Part shown: positions 41,601-52,321 of the stretch, one piece after another
How positions within the stretch are numbered: the first letter of the stretch is position 1
Layout of the letters: the number at the start of each line of letters is the position of its first letter
Source: Camelus dromedarius
Lineage: Eukaryota
Direction: 5' to 3'
Length of the DNA: 64,000 nt
Assembly (NCBI RefSeq): GCF_036321535.1
Contig: NC_087436.1
Location: 60,638,001-60,702,000, forward strand
Position numbers and translations under genes: made by a program
Notes under the pieces: model-generated
Databases searched by the model: none
Seen by the model: the letters and a program-made list of their open reading frames with translations, nothing else
What the model was told of the DNA's origin: nothing

Positions 41601-41824
41601 TTTGAGGAATAAATAAATTAGTATCTCCCAGTCTCCATCTGTAAAGTGAGAAAAAAAGTAGTATATTATGGGCTTTTTGTCAGGATTAAATAAAAGAGAA
41701 TGCTATTCATGGAGTAAGTGCTCAAAAAATATTATTTGCTATTACAATTGAGTAAAAACAATTTTTTCTATATTAGTTTTCTATCTAAAATATCTAAAAC
41801 TGCTGTCTCAGTGGCATGTAGCTT

Positions 41825-43478
41825 AAGCCAAAAGTAAAATATGAGGAATCACACTCTGTGATTTCAAACTGTATTACAAAGCTATAGTAATCAAAACAGT
41901 ATGTGTTGGAACAGAGTAGAGAGCCCAGAAATAAACTCATGCATACTTTGTCAATTAATTTACAACAAAGGGACTAAGAAAATACAATGAGAAAGAAACA
42001 GTACCTTCAATAAATAATTAACTTACAACAAAGAAGCCAAGAATATACAGTGGGGAAAGGACAGTCTCTTCAATGAATGACGTTGGGGAAACTGGATATC
42101 CACATGGAAAAGAATGTAACTGGGCCACTATTTTACACCATACAAAAAATTAACTCAAAATGGATTAAAAACTTGAATGTAAGACCTAAAACTATAAAAC
42201 TCCTAGAAGAAAACACAGTGGGAAGTGCCTTGCCATTGGTCTTGGCAATAATTTTTTGGATTTGACACCAAAAGCAAAGGCAACAAAAGTCTAAATAAAT
42301 AAGTAAATAAATGGGACCACATTAAACTAAAAAGCTTCTGTGTAGCAAAGGAAACCATCAACAACACCAAAAAGGCAACATACTGAATTGGAGAAAATAT
42401 TTGCAAATCCTGTATCTAATAAAAAGTTAATGTCCAAAATATATAAAGACTCTTACAACTCAATAGCAAAAAAGAAAAAACAACAAATTGATTTAAAACT
42501 GGGCAAAGGATCTGAATAGATATTTCTTCAAAGAAGACATACAGATGGCCAACTATGAAAAGGTGTTCAACATCACTCATCAGAGAAATGCAAATTAAAA
42601 CCACAATAAGGTATCACCTCACACCTGCTAGAATACCATTTTCAAAAAGACAAATAACTAGTGTTCAGGAGAATGTGGAGAAAAGGGAACCCTTCTGTAT
42701 TATTGCCTGGAATGTAAATTGCTGTAGTCACTATGGGACAGTATGGAAGTTCCTCAGAAAATTAAAACTAGAACTACCATCTGATCCAGCAATCTCACTT
42801 CAAAGTATTTATCCAAAGAAAACAAACAAACAAAAAAAACCCCCACTAACTTGAAGGATATATGCACCCCCGTGTTCACTGCAGCATTAGTTACAATAGC
42901 CAAGACACAGGAACAACCTAAACGCCCATTGATGGGCGAATGCATAAAGATATTATATACACAAAGGAATATTATTCAGCCATAAAATAAAGAAAACCTT
43001 GCCATTTGCAAAAACGTGGATGCACCGTAAGGGTATCATGCTAAGTGAAAGAAGTCAGACAGAGAAAGACAAATACCATATGATCTCACTTATATGTGGA
43101 ATCTAAGGGGAAAAAAAATTAAGCTTATAGGTACAAAGAACAGATCAGTAGTTGCCAGAGGCAGGGGATAGGGAGTGCGTGAAATGGGTGAAAGTGTTCA
43201 AAAAGTATAAACTTCAAGTTATAAAATAAATGTCATGGGATGTAATGTACAGCATGGTGACCACAGTTAATAATACTATTTTGCATATTTGAAAGTTAAG
43301 AGTAAATCTTAAACATTCTCATCACACACATTCACAAATTGTAACTATGTATGGTGACGGACGTTAACTAAACTTATTGTGGTGATCATTTCACAATATA
43401 TACTAATATCAAAACATTATGTTGTACACCTGAAAGCAATATAGTGTTATATGTCAGTTATACCTTAAGATTAAAATT
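41825..43478 (+). mobile_element. L1MA9-type 3' part (ORF2 end and 3'UTR)
   Basis: attacaaagctatagtaatcaaaacagtatg...; 3'UTR gtcatgggatgtaatgtacagcatggtgac...ttattgtggtgatcatttcacaatatatac...ttgtacacctgaaa. Confidence 0.88.
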
Positions 43479-43492
43479 AAAAAGTTGAATAC

Positions 43493-44110
43493 CGGGGGCG
43501 GGGGCGAAACCTGCATCCGCACCGAAGGGCTTAGCAGCCTCAAAGGCCAGACTGAGACTGGCCTGCAGCCCGGGGCAGATAGGATCCTTCCATCCTGGTC
43601 CCTCAGAGAACTTGCTCCACAAAGACAAACAAGGAGCTGGGTTTTGGCTCGGAGCAGGGACAGGGCTGTCCCTCGGTCTTCCCCGAGCCCACCCGCGGAG
43701 CGCCGACCAGGGCGGAGCGCCGACCAGGGCGGAGCGCGCAGCCGCACAGAAAGCGGAACTACCGGCGACGCAGGTAGAGCGAGAGCGGCCCCCTGCCTTT
43801 CAGGCAGGAACACAGCCCCTGACCGAGGTGCTGGGAGGGGGCACGACCCGCCCTCCTACCCGGCCAGTCTGCAACATCTGACTGCGGCATCCAGAGGGGC
43901 AGCGACCCGCCCGCCCACAGCAGAGGAGAGCTGCACCTGACCCAGTGTTAGGAGGAGGCGCGATCGGCTTGCCGACAGGCGCTGGGAGCAGCACAGAAGA
44001 GGGCGCCAACGGAGGGCCTCTGAAAACAGCAAGCTGAGCTTCCAAAACAGGACGAAGACAGAAAGACTTCACATTAAAAGCACACAGACTCCAGGAGAAC
44101 ACTGACAAAC
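43493..44110 (+). promoter_or_regulatory. CpG-rich L1 5'UTR / internal promoter
   Basis: The only CpG-dense segment in the window; GC boxes (gggggcgggggcg at the start, gggcgg twice at 43710-43732); lies directly upstream of ORF1. Confidence 0.7.
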
Positions 44111-44510
44111 CGCCCCCCCCCCTTTTTTTAAATCTGTTTTTACCTGTTCTATTTTCTATTACTCTCTTAATCTTTACTTCTTAATTCATTTCTATTTCTC
44201 TTGGGTTTTGATGTCCTGCTATTGATTAGACACAGGTTTCAAATACATCTATTCACCTCCCCCCCCTTTTTTTGTAAAGGTTTTAAAAGGACGTCTCAAC
44301 CCGATTAATACTCTGCTTCAACTCACTCTTCTATTAATCATTATACACTGTTTTCAAACCCTCTTTCTCCCTTCTTTTAAACGTCTTTCTCTCTCTATTT
44401 TTTTTTTCTTTTTTGCCTAAGTTCTATTCCTAAATAGGCATCAGATAGATAATATCCTTAAGGACCAAAATAAACAACTGATACTCCATAAACCACAGTG
44501 CCAAAGAGGT

Positions 44511-45418
44511 ATGAGCAAGATGAAGAAGCAGAAAAACCTTTCCCAATTAAAAGAACAAGAGAAATCCCCTGAAAGAAAGATCAACGAAATAGACATCGAT
44601 AGCCTACTAGATCAAGATTTCAAAAAAGGAGTGATCGAATTGCTGAAGGAATTAAAACAGATAGTGTTTAGAGATATAAAATATGTCAAAAATGAAATTG
44701 AAGCTATAAAGAAGAGCCAAGTAGAATGGGTAAACTCATTGACAGAGATGAGGAATGATCTAATAGCTGTGCAAAGCCGACTAGATAATGCAGGGGAACG
44801 AATTAGTGATCTAGAAGACAGGGCAATAGAAAGCACCCATTCAGAAGAACTACAAGATAAGCAAATAAAAAATAATGAAAATAGCATAAGGGACCTATGG
44901 GATAATATAAAGCGTCCCAATCTTCGCATAATAGGGGTCCCAGAAGGAGAAGAAAGATCAAAGGGGATTGAAAAGGTTTTTGAAGAAATCATGACTGAAA
45001 ACTTCCCAAACTTAAAGAAGGAATCAGATATCCAAGTACAGGAACCTCAGAGGGTCCCAAACAGGAAGAACCCAAATAGACCCACACCAAGACATATCAT
45101 AATCAAGATGGCCAGAGTCAAGGATAAAGAAATGATTCTAAAGGCAGCAAGAGAAAAGCAAAGAGTAAGTTACAAGGGAACCCCCATAAGGCTCTCAGCT
45201 GATTTCTCTACACAAACACTACAGGCCAGAAGGGAGTAGCAAGATATATTCAAAGCCCTGAATGAAAAAAAGATGCAGCCTAGGATCCTTTATCCAGCAA
45301 GGCTATCCTTGAGGATAGAAGGAGAAATAAAGAGTTTCACAGACAAAAAAAAAAAAAGCTGCAGGAGTTTAGCAACACTAAACCCATGCTAAAAGAAATA
45401 TTGAAAGGGCTATTCTAA
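44511..45418 (+). pseudogene. L1 ORF1p (coiled coil, RRM, CTD), disrupted
   Basis: MSKMKKQKN...LWDNIKRPNLRIIGVPEGEE...TPRHIIIKM...LQARRE, then TAG at 45237-45239 replacing the conserved Trp of ARREW; a 13-A run at 45345-45357 shifts the frame; homology ends LKEILKGLF-TAA at 45418. Confidence 0.93.
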
Positions 45419-45822
45419 ATAGAAAAGCAGCAGGATGCTACAGAAATGAGAAACACACAACTGGAAAGGTGATAACTCATGAATTACAAATAAAGTAAAC
45501 ATGAAATTATAAAAGAAGACATACAAATCACTGAGAGTGGGAGAGGGAGGCAGGGAAATATAGAATATTTTTTTCTTTCTTTTTTAAATTTTTTTAACAG
45601 TAGGATGGGTTTGAGATCATGTTACTATCAGTTTAATAAAAACAGTTATAGTAATGGGTTGACAGATTTACAAAAAAGGGTAACCACAAGCCAAAAATTT
45701 ACAAAGGAGTCACAAAAATTAAATAAAATCCATGATAATACAAAGGAAAATTACCAAACCACAAAAGGAAGAAGAAAGGAACAAAGAGGATATACCAATT
45801 AAACTGCAAAGATAAGTTCAAA

Positions 45823-48800
45823 ATGGCAATAAACACACATCTATCATTAATTACTGTAAATGTTAATGGACTAAATGCTCCAGTCAAAAGACACAGAGTG
45901 GCAGACTGGATAATAAAGCAAGAACCTTCAATATGCTGCATACAAGAGACCCACTTTAGGGAGAAGGACACATATAGATTGAGAGTGAAAGGATGGAAAA
46001 GGATATTCCATGCAAATGGAAAAGCCAAAAAAGCAGGTGTTGCAGTACTGATTTCAGACAAAATAGGCTTTAAAACAAAGGCCAAAAAGAAAGATAAAGA
46101 AGGACATTTTATAATGATTAAAGGAGTGATACAAGATGAGGATATTACACTCGTTAATATATATGCACCCAATATAGGAGCACCTAAGTACATACAAGAA
46201 TTACTAACAGAGATAAAGGGGGATATTGATGGGAATACAATCATAGTTGGAGATTTTAACACTGCATTAACATCACTAGACAGATCTTCCGGACAGAAAA
46301 TAAACAAGGCAACAGAGAAATTAAATACTACAATAGAACAACTAGATCTGGTGGATATTTTCAGAGCATTACACCCCCCAAAAATAGGATATACATTCTT
46401 TTCAAGTGCACATGGAACATTTTCCAGGATCGATCATGTACTTGGGCACAAAAGAAACCTCAACAATTTTAAGAAGATAGAAATGATCTCAAGCATCTTT
46501 ACTGACCACAATGCCATGAAACTGGAAATCAACAACAGAGAAACAAAGGAGAAAAAAAGGAAAGCATGGAGATTAAACAATATGTTATTGAAAAAACAAT
46601 GGATCAATGAGGAAATCAAAGCTGAAATTAAAAAATACCTTGAGACAAATGATAATGAAAGCACAACCACTCAAAACCTATGGGACACAGCAAAGGCAGT
46701 GCTAAGAGGGAAGTTTATAGCGATACAGGCCTTCCTCAAAAAAGAAGAACAATCTCAAATAAACAATTTAACCCACCACCTGAATGAATTAGAAAAAGAA
46801 GAACAAAAAGCCCCAAAAAGCAGCAGAAGGAAGGAAATAATAAAAATCAGACAGGAATTAAATACAATAGAGATTAACAAGACCATAGAAAAAATCAACC
46901 AAACCAAAAGCTGGTTTTTTGAAAAAGTAAATAAAATCGACAAACCTCTGGCCAAACTCACAAAGAAGAAAAAAGAGAGAGCACAAATTAGCAAAATAAG
47001 AAAGGAAAATGGAGAAATTACAACAAACAAAATAGAAATACAGAATAGCATACGAGAATATTATGGAAAACTATATGGAACCAAACTGGATAACCTAGAG
47101 GAGATGGACAAGTTTCTGGAAACATACTGTCCACCAAAACTGAATCAAGAAGAATCTGAACACTTGAACAATCCGATCACTAGAAAGGAAATAGAAATAG
47201 CAATTAAAAACCTCCCTACAAATAAAAGTCCAGGACCGGACGGCTTCACCGGGGAATTCTACCAAACATACAAAGAAGGACTCATACCAGTCCTTCTCAA
47301 ACTCTTCCAGACGATTGAAAAGGAGGGAATACTCCCAAACTCATTCTATGAAGCCATCATCACCCTGATACCAAAACCAGGCAAAGACACTACCAAAAAA
47401 GAGAATTATAGGCCAATATCACTGACGAACATAGACGCCAAAATCCTCACCAAAATTTTAGCAAATAGAATCCAACAACACATAAAAAAGATTATACATC
47501 ATGACCAAGTGGGGTTCATCCCAGGGACACAAGGCTGGTTCAACATACGCAAATCAATCAGTGTAATACATCACATCAACAAGAGAAAGGACAAAAACCA
47601 CACGATCATCTCAATCGATGCAGAAAAAGCATTTGATAAAATTCAACACCCATTTATGATAAAAACGCTCGCCAAAGTGGGTATAGAGGGAACATATCTC
47701 AACATAATAAAAGCTATACATGACAAACCTACAGCCAGCATAGTACTCAACGGTGAAAAACTCAAAAGCTTCCCACTAAAATCTGGGACAAGGCAAGGAT
47801 GCCCACTATCACCACTCCTATTCAACATAGTCCTGGAAGTCCTAGCCACAGCAGTTAGGCAAGAGAAAGAAATAAAAGGGATCCAAATTGGAAAAGAAGA
47901 GGTAAAAGTGTCATTATATGCTGATGACATGTTGCTATATATAGAAAACCCTAAAAGGTCCACACAAAAGCTACTAGAGCTGATTGAAGAATTCAGCAAG
48001 GTAGCAGGTTACAAAATTAACGTTCAAAAATCAGTTGCATTTCTTTACACTAACGATAAATCAACAGAAGAAGAAAGTAAAGAAACAATCCCCTTTAAAA
48101 TAGCACCCAAAGTAATAAAATACCTGGGAATAAATCTAACCAAGGAGGTGAAAGAATTATACATGGAAAACTATAAACCATTGATGAAGGAAATTAAAGA
48201 AGACTTTAAAAAATGGAAAGATATTCCATGCTCTTGGATAGGAAGAATCAATATTGTTAAAATGGTCACACTGCCCAAGGCAATCTACAGATTTAATGCA
48301 ATCCCTATCCAATTACCCAGGACATATTTCACAGAACTAGAACAAATCATAATAAAATTCATATGGAACCATCAAAGACCTAGAATTGCCAAAGCATTAC
48401 TGAAGAGAAAGAAAGAGGCTGGAGGAATAACTCTCCCAGACTTCAGACAATACTATAGAGCTACAGTCATCAAGACAGCATGGTATTGGTACCAAAACAG
48501 ACATATAGACCAATGGAACAGAATAGAGAGGCCAGAAATGAACCCACAAACTTTTGGTCAACTCATCTTTGACAAAGGAGGCAAGAATATACATTGGAAT
48601 AAAGACAGTCTCTTCAGCAAATGGTGTTGGGAAAACTGGACAGCAGCATGTAAAGCAATGAAGCTAGAACACTCCCTTACACCATATACAAAAATCAACT
48701 CAAAATGGATTAAAGACTTAAACATAAGACAAGATACAATAAACCTCCTAGAGGAAAACATAGGCAAAACATTATCTGACATACATTTTAAAAATTTCCT

Positions 48801-48885
48801 CCTAGAAGAAATAAAAGCAAGAATAAACAAATGGGACCTAATGAAACTTACAAGCTTCTGCACAGCAAAGGAAACCATTAAGTAA
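45823..48885 (+). CDS. L1 ORF2p endonuclease and reverse transcriptase, 1020 aa, lacking the C-terminal CCHC domain
   Basis: APE motifs NVNGLN, QETH, GDFN, TDH; RT motifs [37 protein letters not shown]; stop after FCTAKETIK. Confidence 0.9.
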   Translation: MAINTHLSLITVNVNGLNAPVKRHRVADWIIKQEPSICCIQETHFREKDTYRLRVKGWKRIFHANGKAKKAGVAVLISDKIGFKTKAKKKDKEGHFIMIKGVIQDEDITLVNIYAPNIGAPKYIQELLTEIKGDIDGNTIIVGDFNTALTSLDRSSGQKINKATEKLNTTIEQLDLVDIFRALHPPKIGYTFFSSAHGTFSRIDHVLGHKRNLNNFKKIEMISSIFTDHNAMKLEINNRETKEKKRKAWRLNNMLLKKQWINEEIKAEIKKYLETNDNESTTTQNLWDTAKAVLRGKFIAIQAFLKKEEQSQINNLTHHLNELEKEEQKAPKSSRRKEIIKIRQELNTIEINKTIEKINQTKSWFFEKVNKIDKPLAKLTKKKKERAQISKIRKENGEITTNKIEIQNSIREYYGKLYGTKLDNLEEMDKFLETYCPPKLNQEESEHLNNPITRKEIEIAIKNLPTNKSPGPDGFTGEFYQTYKEGLIPVLLKLFQTIEKEGILPNSFYEAIITLIPKPGKDTTKKENYRPISLTNIDAKILTKILANRIQQHIKKIIHHDQVGFIPGTQGWFNIRKSISVIHHINKRKDKNHTIISIDAEKAFDKIQHPFMIKTLAKVGIEGTYLNIIKAIHDKPTASIVLNGEKLKSFPLKSGTRQGCPLSPLLFNIVLEVLATAVRQEKEIKGIQIGKEEVKVSLYADDMLLYIENPKRSTQKLLELIEEFSKVAGYKINVQKSVAFLYTNDKSTEEESKETIPFKIAPKVIKYLGINLTKEVKELYMENYKPLMKEIKEDFKKWKDIPCSWIGRINIVKMVTLPKAIYRFNAIPIQLPRTYFTELEQIIIKFIWNHQRPRIAKALLKRKKEAGGITLPDFRQYYRATVIKTAWYWYQNRHIDQWNRIERPEMNPQTFGQLIFDKGGKNIHWNKDSLFSKWCWENWTAACKAMKLEHSLTPYTKINSKWIKDLNIRQDTINLLEENIGKTLSDIHFKNFLLEEIKARINKWDLMKLTSFCTAKETIK

Positions 48886-49619
48886 AAGAAAATGACAACC
48901 TACGGAATGGGAGAAAATTTTTGCAAGTGAAACCGACAAAGGCTTGATCTCCAGAATATATAAGCAGCTCATACGACTCAATAAGAAAAAAATAAACAAC
49001 CCAATCCAAAAATGGGCAGAAGACCTAAACAAGCAATTCTCCAAGGAAGACATACAAATGATCAAAAAGCACATGAAAAAATGCTCAATATCACTAATTA
49101 TCAGAGAAATGCAAATCAAAACTACAATGAGGTATCACCTCACACCAGTCAGAATGGCCATCATTCAAAAATCCACAAATGACAAATGCTGGAGAGGCTG
49201 TGGAGAAAGGGGAACCCTCCTACACTGCTGGTGGGAATGCAGTTTGGTGCAGCCACTATGGAAAACAGTGGAGATTCCTCAAAAGACTAGGAATAGACTT
49301 ACCATATGACCCAGGAATCCCACTCCTGGGCTTGTATCCAGAAGGAAATCTACTTCAGGATGACACCTGCACCCCAATGTTCATAGCAGCACTATTTACA
49401 ATAGCCAAAACATGGAAACAGCCTAAATGTCCATCAACAGGTGACTGGATAAAGAAGAGGTGGTATATTTATACAATGGAATACTACTCAGCCATAAAAC
49501 CCGACAACATAATGCCATTTGCAGCAACATGGATGCTCCTGGAGAATGTCATTCTAAGTGAAGTAAGCCAGAAAGAGAAAGAAAAATACCATATGAGATC
49601 GCTCATATGTGGAATCTAA
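48886..49619 (+). pseudogene. Out-of-frame L1 ORF2 C-terminal region including the CCHC zinc knuckle
   Basis: +1 frame reads [10 protein letters not shown]...[18 protein letters not shown]; a 2-bp deletion near 49268 (acagtgga vs acagtatgga in other copies) shifts to WRFLKRLG...LICGI-stop at 49619. Confidence 0.9.
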
Positions 49620-50029
49620 AAAACAAAAACAAAAACAAACAAACAAACAAAAACAAAGCGTAAATAAAGGACAGAAATAGACTCACAGACAGAGAATACA
49701 GACTTGTGGTTACCAGGGGGGTGGAGGGTGGGAAGGGATAGACTGGGATTTCGAAACTGTAGAATAGACTACACTGTATAGCACAGGGAAATATACACAA
49801 AATGTTATGATAACTCACAGAGAAAAAAATGTGACAATGAGTGTGTATATGTCCATGAATGACTGAAAAATTGTGCTGAACACTGGAATTTGACACAGCA
49901 TTGTAAAATGATTATAAATCAATAAAAATGTTAAAAAAATAAATAAATAAAAGGTTATTTTTTTTCAAAAAAAAAAGTTGAATACATTTCTATACCAATT
50001 ACTTATTCTCTTGCATCAGTTATGCAGAA

Positions 50030-50245
50030 GTATTAGAGGCAGTAGGAGTAGTGGTGAAGATTATTGATTGTATTCAAATCCTGGTTTTACATTTATGAAC
50101 TCCATGAACTTAAGGAACCCTCATCTCAGCAAGCCTCAGTAAACAATGGGAGCAACACTACTTACCTGACAGGCAGGACTGAATCAAATGAAGTATATAA
50201 GCACTTAGTACTGGTCCTAATTCAGAGTTAGCAGTCAATAAACAC
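50030..50245 (+). mobile_element. MIR SINE
   Basis: gaggcagtaggagtagtggtgaaga...ttcaaatcctgg...aagcctcagt...taagcacttagtac...cagtcaataaa. Confidence 0.65.
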
Positions 50246-50574
50246 CGGTAAACCTCCCTATTGTTGTCATAAATACCTTTGGTAAAGGAAGTCTTTGGTA
50301 ATTCTGGAACTGAAAACTTTCAAGCATAATGAAATGGAGAACTGGGACCACATTACTCTATACCTTTCATCGTGCAGTTAGACTTGCAGCACCCCCTTGC
50401 CCTCTCTCTTCTACCTTTTCCTATTTTTCGCACCTAGCAGGCATCATTCTCCTGTAACATGGGGCCTCTTTGGGTCAGTTTATCACCATCCAATATGGCG
50501 TCAGTTCATCTTTGATGCAGGGGGCCTTCCCTGTAGCCAATCTAAGTGACTTATTCAAGCGAATTTAAAAATAC

Positions 50575-50745
50575 ATTATGTCCCAGCTTGGAGACTGTCT
50601 TAGTTCTATGGTTTATCATTGTGTGACACTAAAACCTTTGCCTTTGGGCTCAAGATTTCATATTTGTGAAAAGAAGATGATATTCACCTTAAAGAATTTT
50701 GGAGAGAATTCAGTGATATAAAATGCCACACTGCTACAAAGCAGT
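50575..50745 (+). mobile_element. MIR fragment
   Basis: ttgtgtgac...tttgggctcaagatttcatatttgtgaaaaga...gatattcacct. Confidence 0.45.
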
Positions 50746-51879
50746 TACTGTTCAACGACCAGCACTGGTTGCTTAGCTGTTAATATCAATATTATCGTCA
50801 TGTTTGCCATTATTTTTGTAACCCCAGGGCTTAGCAGTGTCTAGAACAATATTTGTACATGAATGAATGAATGTAATATAGTCTTACTGCTCCTCTAGTT
50901 GAGTCATCTGGGTCTTTGAGAGAGAGCAATGTTTTCTATGGAAAATATAAATGTGTATATTAGCAGCATCCCTAGAACATATGCACGGTTCCAAGTGGCA
51001 CCTATTTGTAGCTCCTGACGGCTGTGTAACTCAGCCTGGTGGCTCAGCGTACCAGTCAGCCCTTGAAAATGCAGCTGGCTTAGCTCCTTTAAATAAAAGT
51101 GACTAGACAAGAAAAAGTGGAAAACATATTTATTTATAAACCATCCTACGTAGACACAAGGTGCAGTTTTGTTTTCATGACACACCAGCAACTCTTTAAA
51201 TATTTATTGTCAACCTGGGGAATTCATGTGTAGACTGAAGGTATATTTAGGCCTTTAATATGCCATCTCAGCAGGGCCTGCTTAAGGCTGCCCATCTGGA
51301 AGATGAAACTTAAGAGCCAATTTTAAAGCATATTGTCGAGGACAGATAAAACTGTTTCTAGCTGATTTTTACCATGACATATGAGAGCAAACCTGGGACT
51401 TTTGTATTTGGGAGTTAACATTTAAACTAGAAAGACATTTCTTTTCCAGAACACCTGTAGCAAACTCCTACATAATCTAGCCTAATTTAAATGCATTACT
51501 ATAAAGCCAGCCTGAAAATAGTGTATAAATAGTTTAGAGATATATATTTTTCCATTATGCCATCAAAAACAGTAAAAAAAAAAAAAAAAAAGAATATAGA
51601 GTTTTATTTTCATCCCTTCTCTTTAGACTTCATAGATAGGTTTAATGTGTTTGACTCTGCCAATTGAATAAAATTCCTTAGAATTTTATCATATAAATTT
51701 CTAAGTGTAATGAGGCAACATTACATTTCTCTTTTTAGTTATCACTTTACCAATTGTTTAAATGTCTTTTAAACAGTTAAACCTCTGTCTTAGAATCTCA
51801 AATGCCATAGGACTTGTCAGAATCAGTTCGTTCAGTCCATCTCTCAGAAACACATCTGGGATTTGAAGGGATATTGTGG

Positions 51880-52003
51880 CTTCCTTCCCTCCCCCATTTC
51901 AATCTCCCCTTTTTTCTTTTTCCTTCTCTTCCTCCCACTGTTCCATATTTTCTCCCTCCCTCCATCCATCCTTTCCTGCTTCCTTTCTTTCCTTTTTTGT
52001 TTC
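51880..52003. repeat. CT-rich low-complexity (polypyrimidine) tract
   Basis: cttccttccctccccc...ccctccctccatccatcctttcctgcttcctttctttcc. Confidence 0.75.
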
Positions 52004-52321
52004 TTGAACTCTTATGAGCTTATAAAGTTGGTATTCGAGTGTGAACAATGTCTAAATATTGAAAACCCCCCCCCCAGTTCTAGATAGTTCAAATTATTTT
52101 CTTCCAGAAGCTATATTTAGATTGTTATTTCTCCATAAAATAAAATTATAAAAAAAATTGTATAGTACCTAATATGAGGCAGAGGAGACATCTATGAGAT
52201 TGGAGGAATGGGGAGAGGGAGAGAGAAAATAAGAATGAGAGCAGGAGCAAGAGTGAGAGCTAGACTGAGAGTAAAAGTCAGAGAGAGACACTCACAGAGT
52301 TCGTGGAAGCTCCAGAAGACG

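Larger units (their letters stand above)
43493..49971 (+). mobile_element. Young near-full-length LINE-1 (~6.5 kb)
   Basis: 5'UTR, ORF1, spacer, ORF2, 3'UTR and A-tail; perfect 14-bp TSD aaaaagttgaatac (43479-43492 / 49972-49985) at a TT/AAAA endonuclease site. Confidence 0.98.

Noticed and set aside
43454..44108. 100-150 aa ORFs on both strands of the L1 5'UTR (possible ORF0 analogue)
   Set aside because: The ones I checked have non-ATG starts, some extend beyond the element, and GC-rich DNA has few stops by chance; no recognisable domain.
44612..49119. Hydrophobic minus-strand ORFs (for example 45699-46307, 202 aa)
   Set aside because: Antisense shadows of A-rich L1 ORF1/ORF2.
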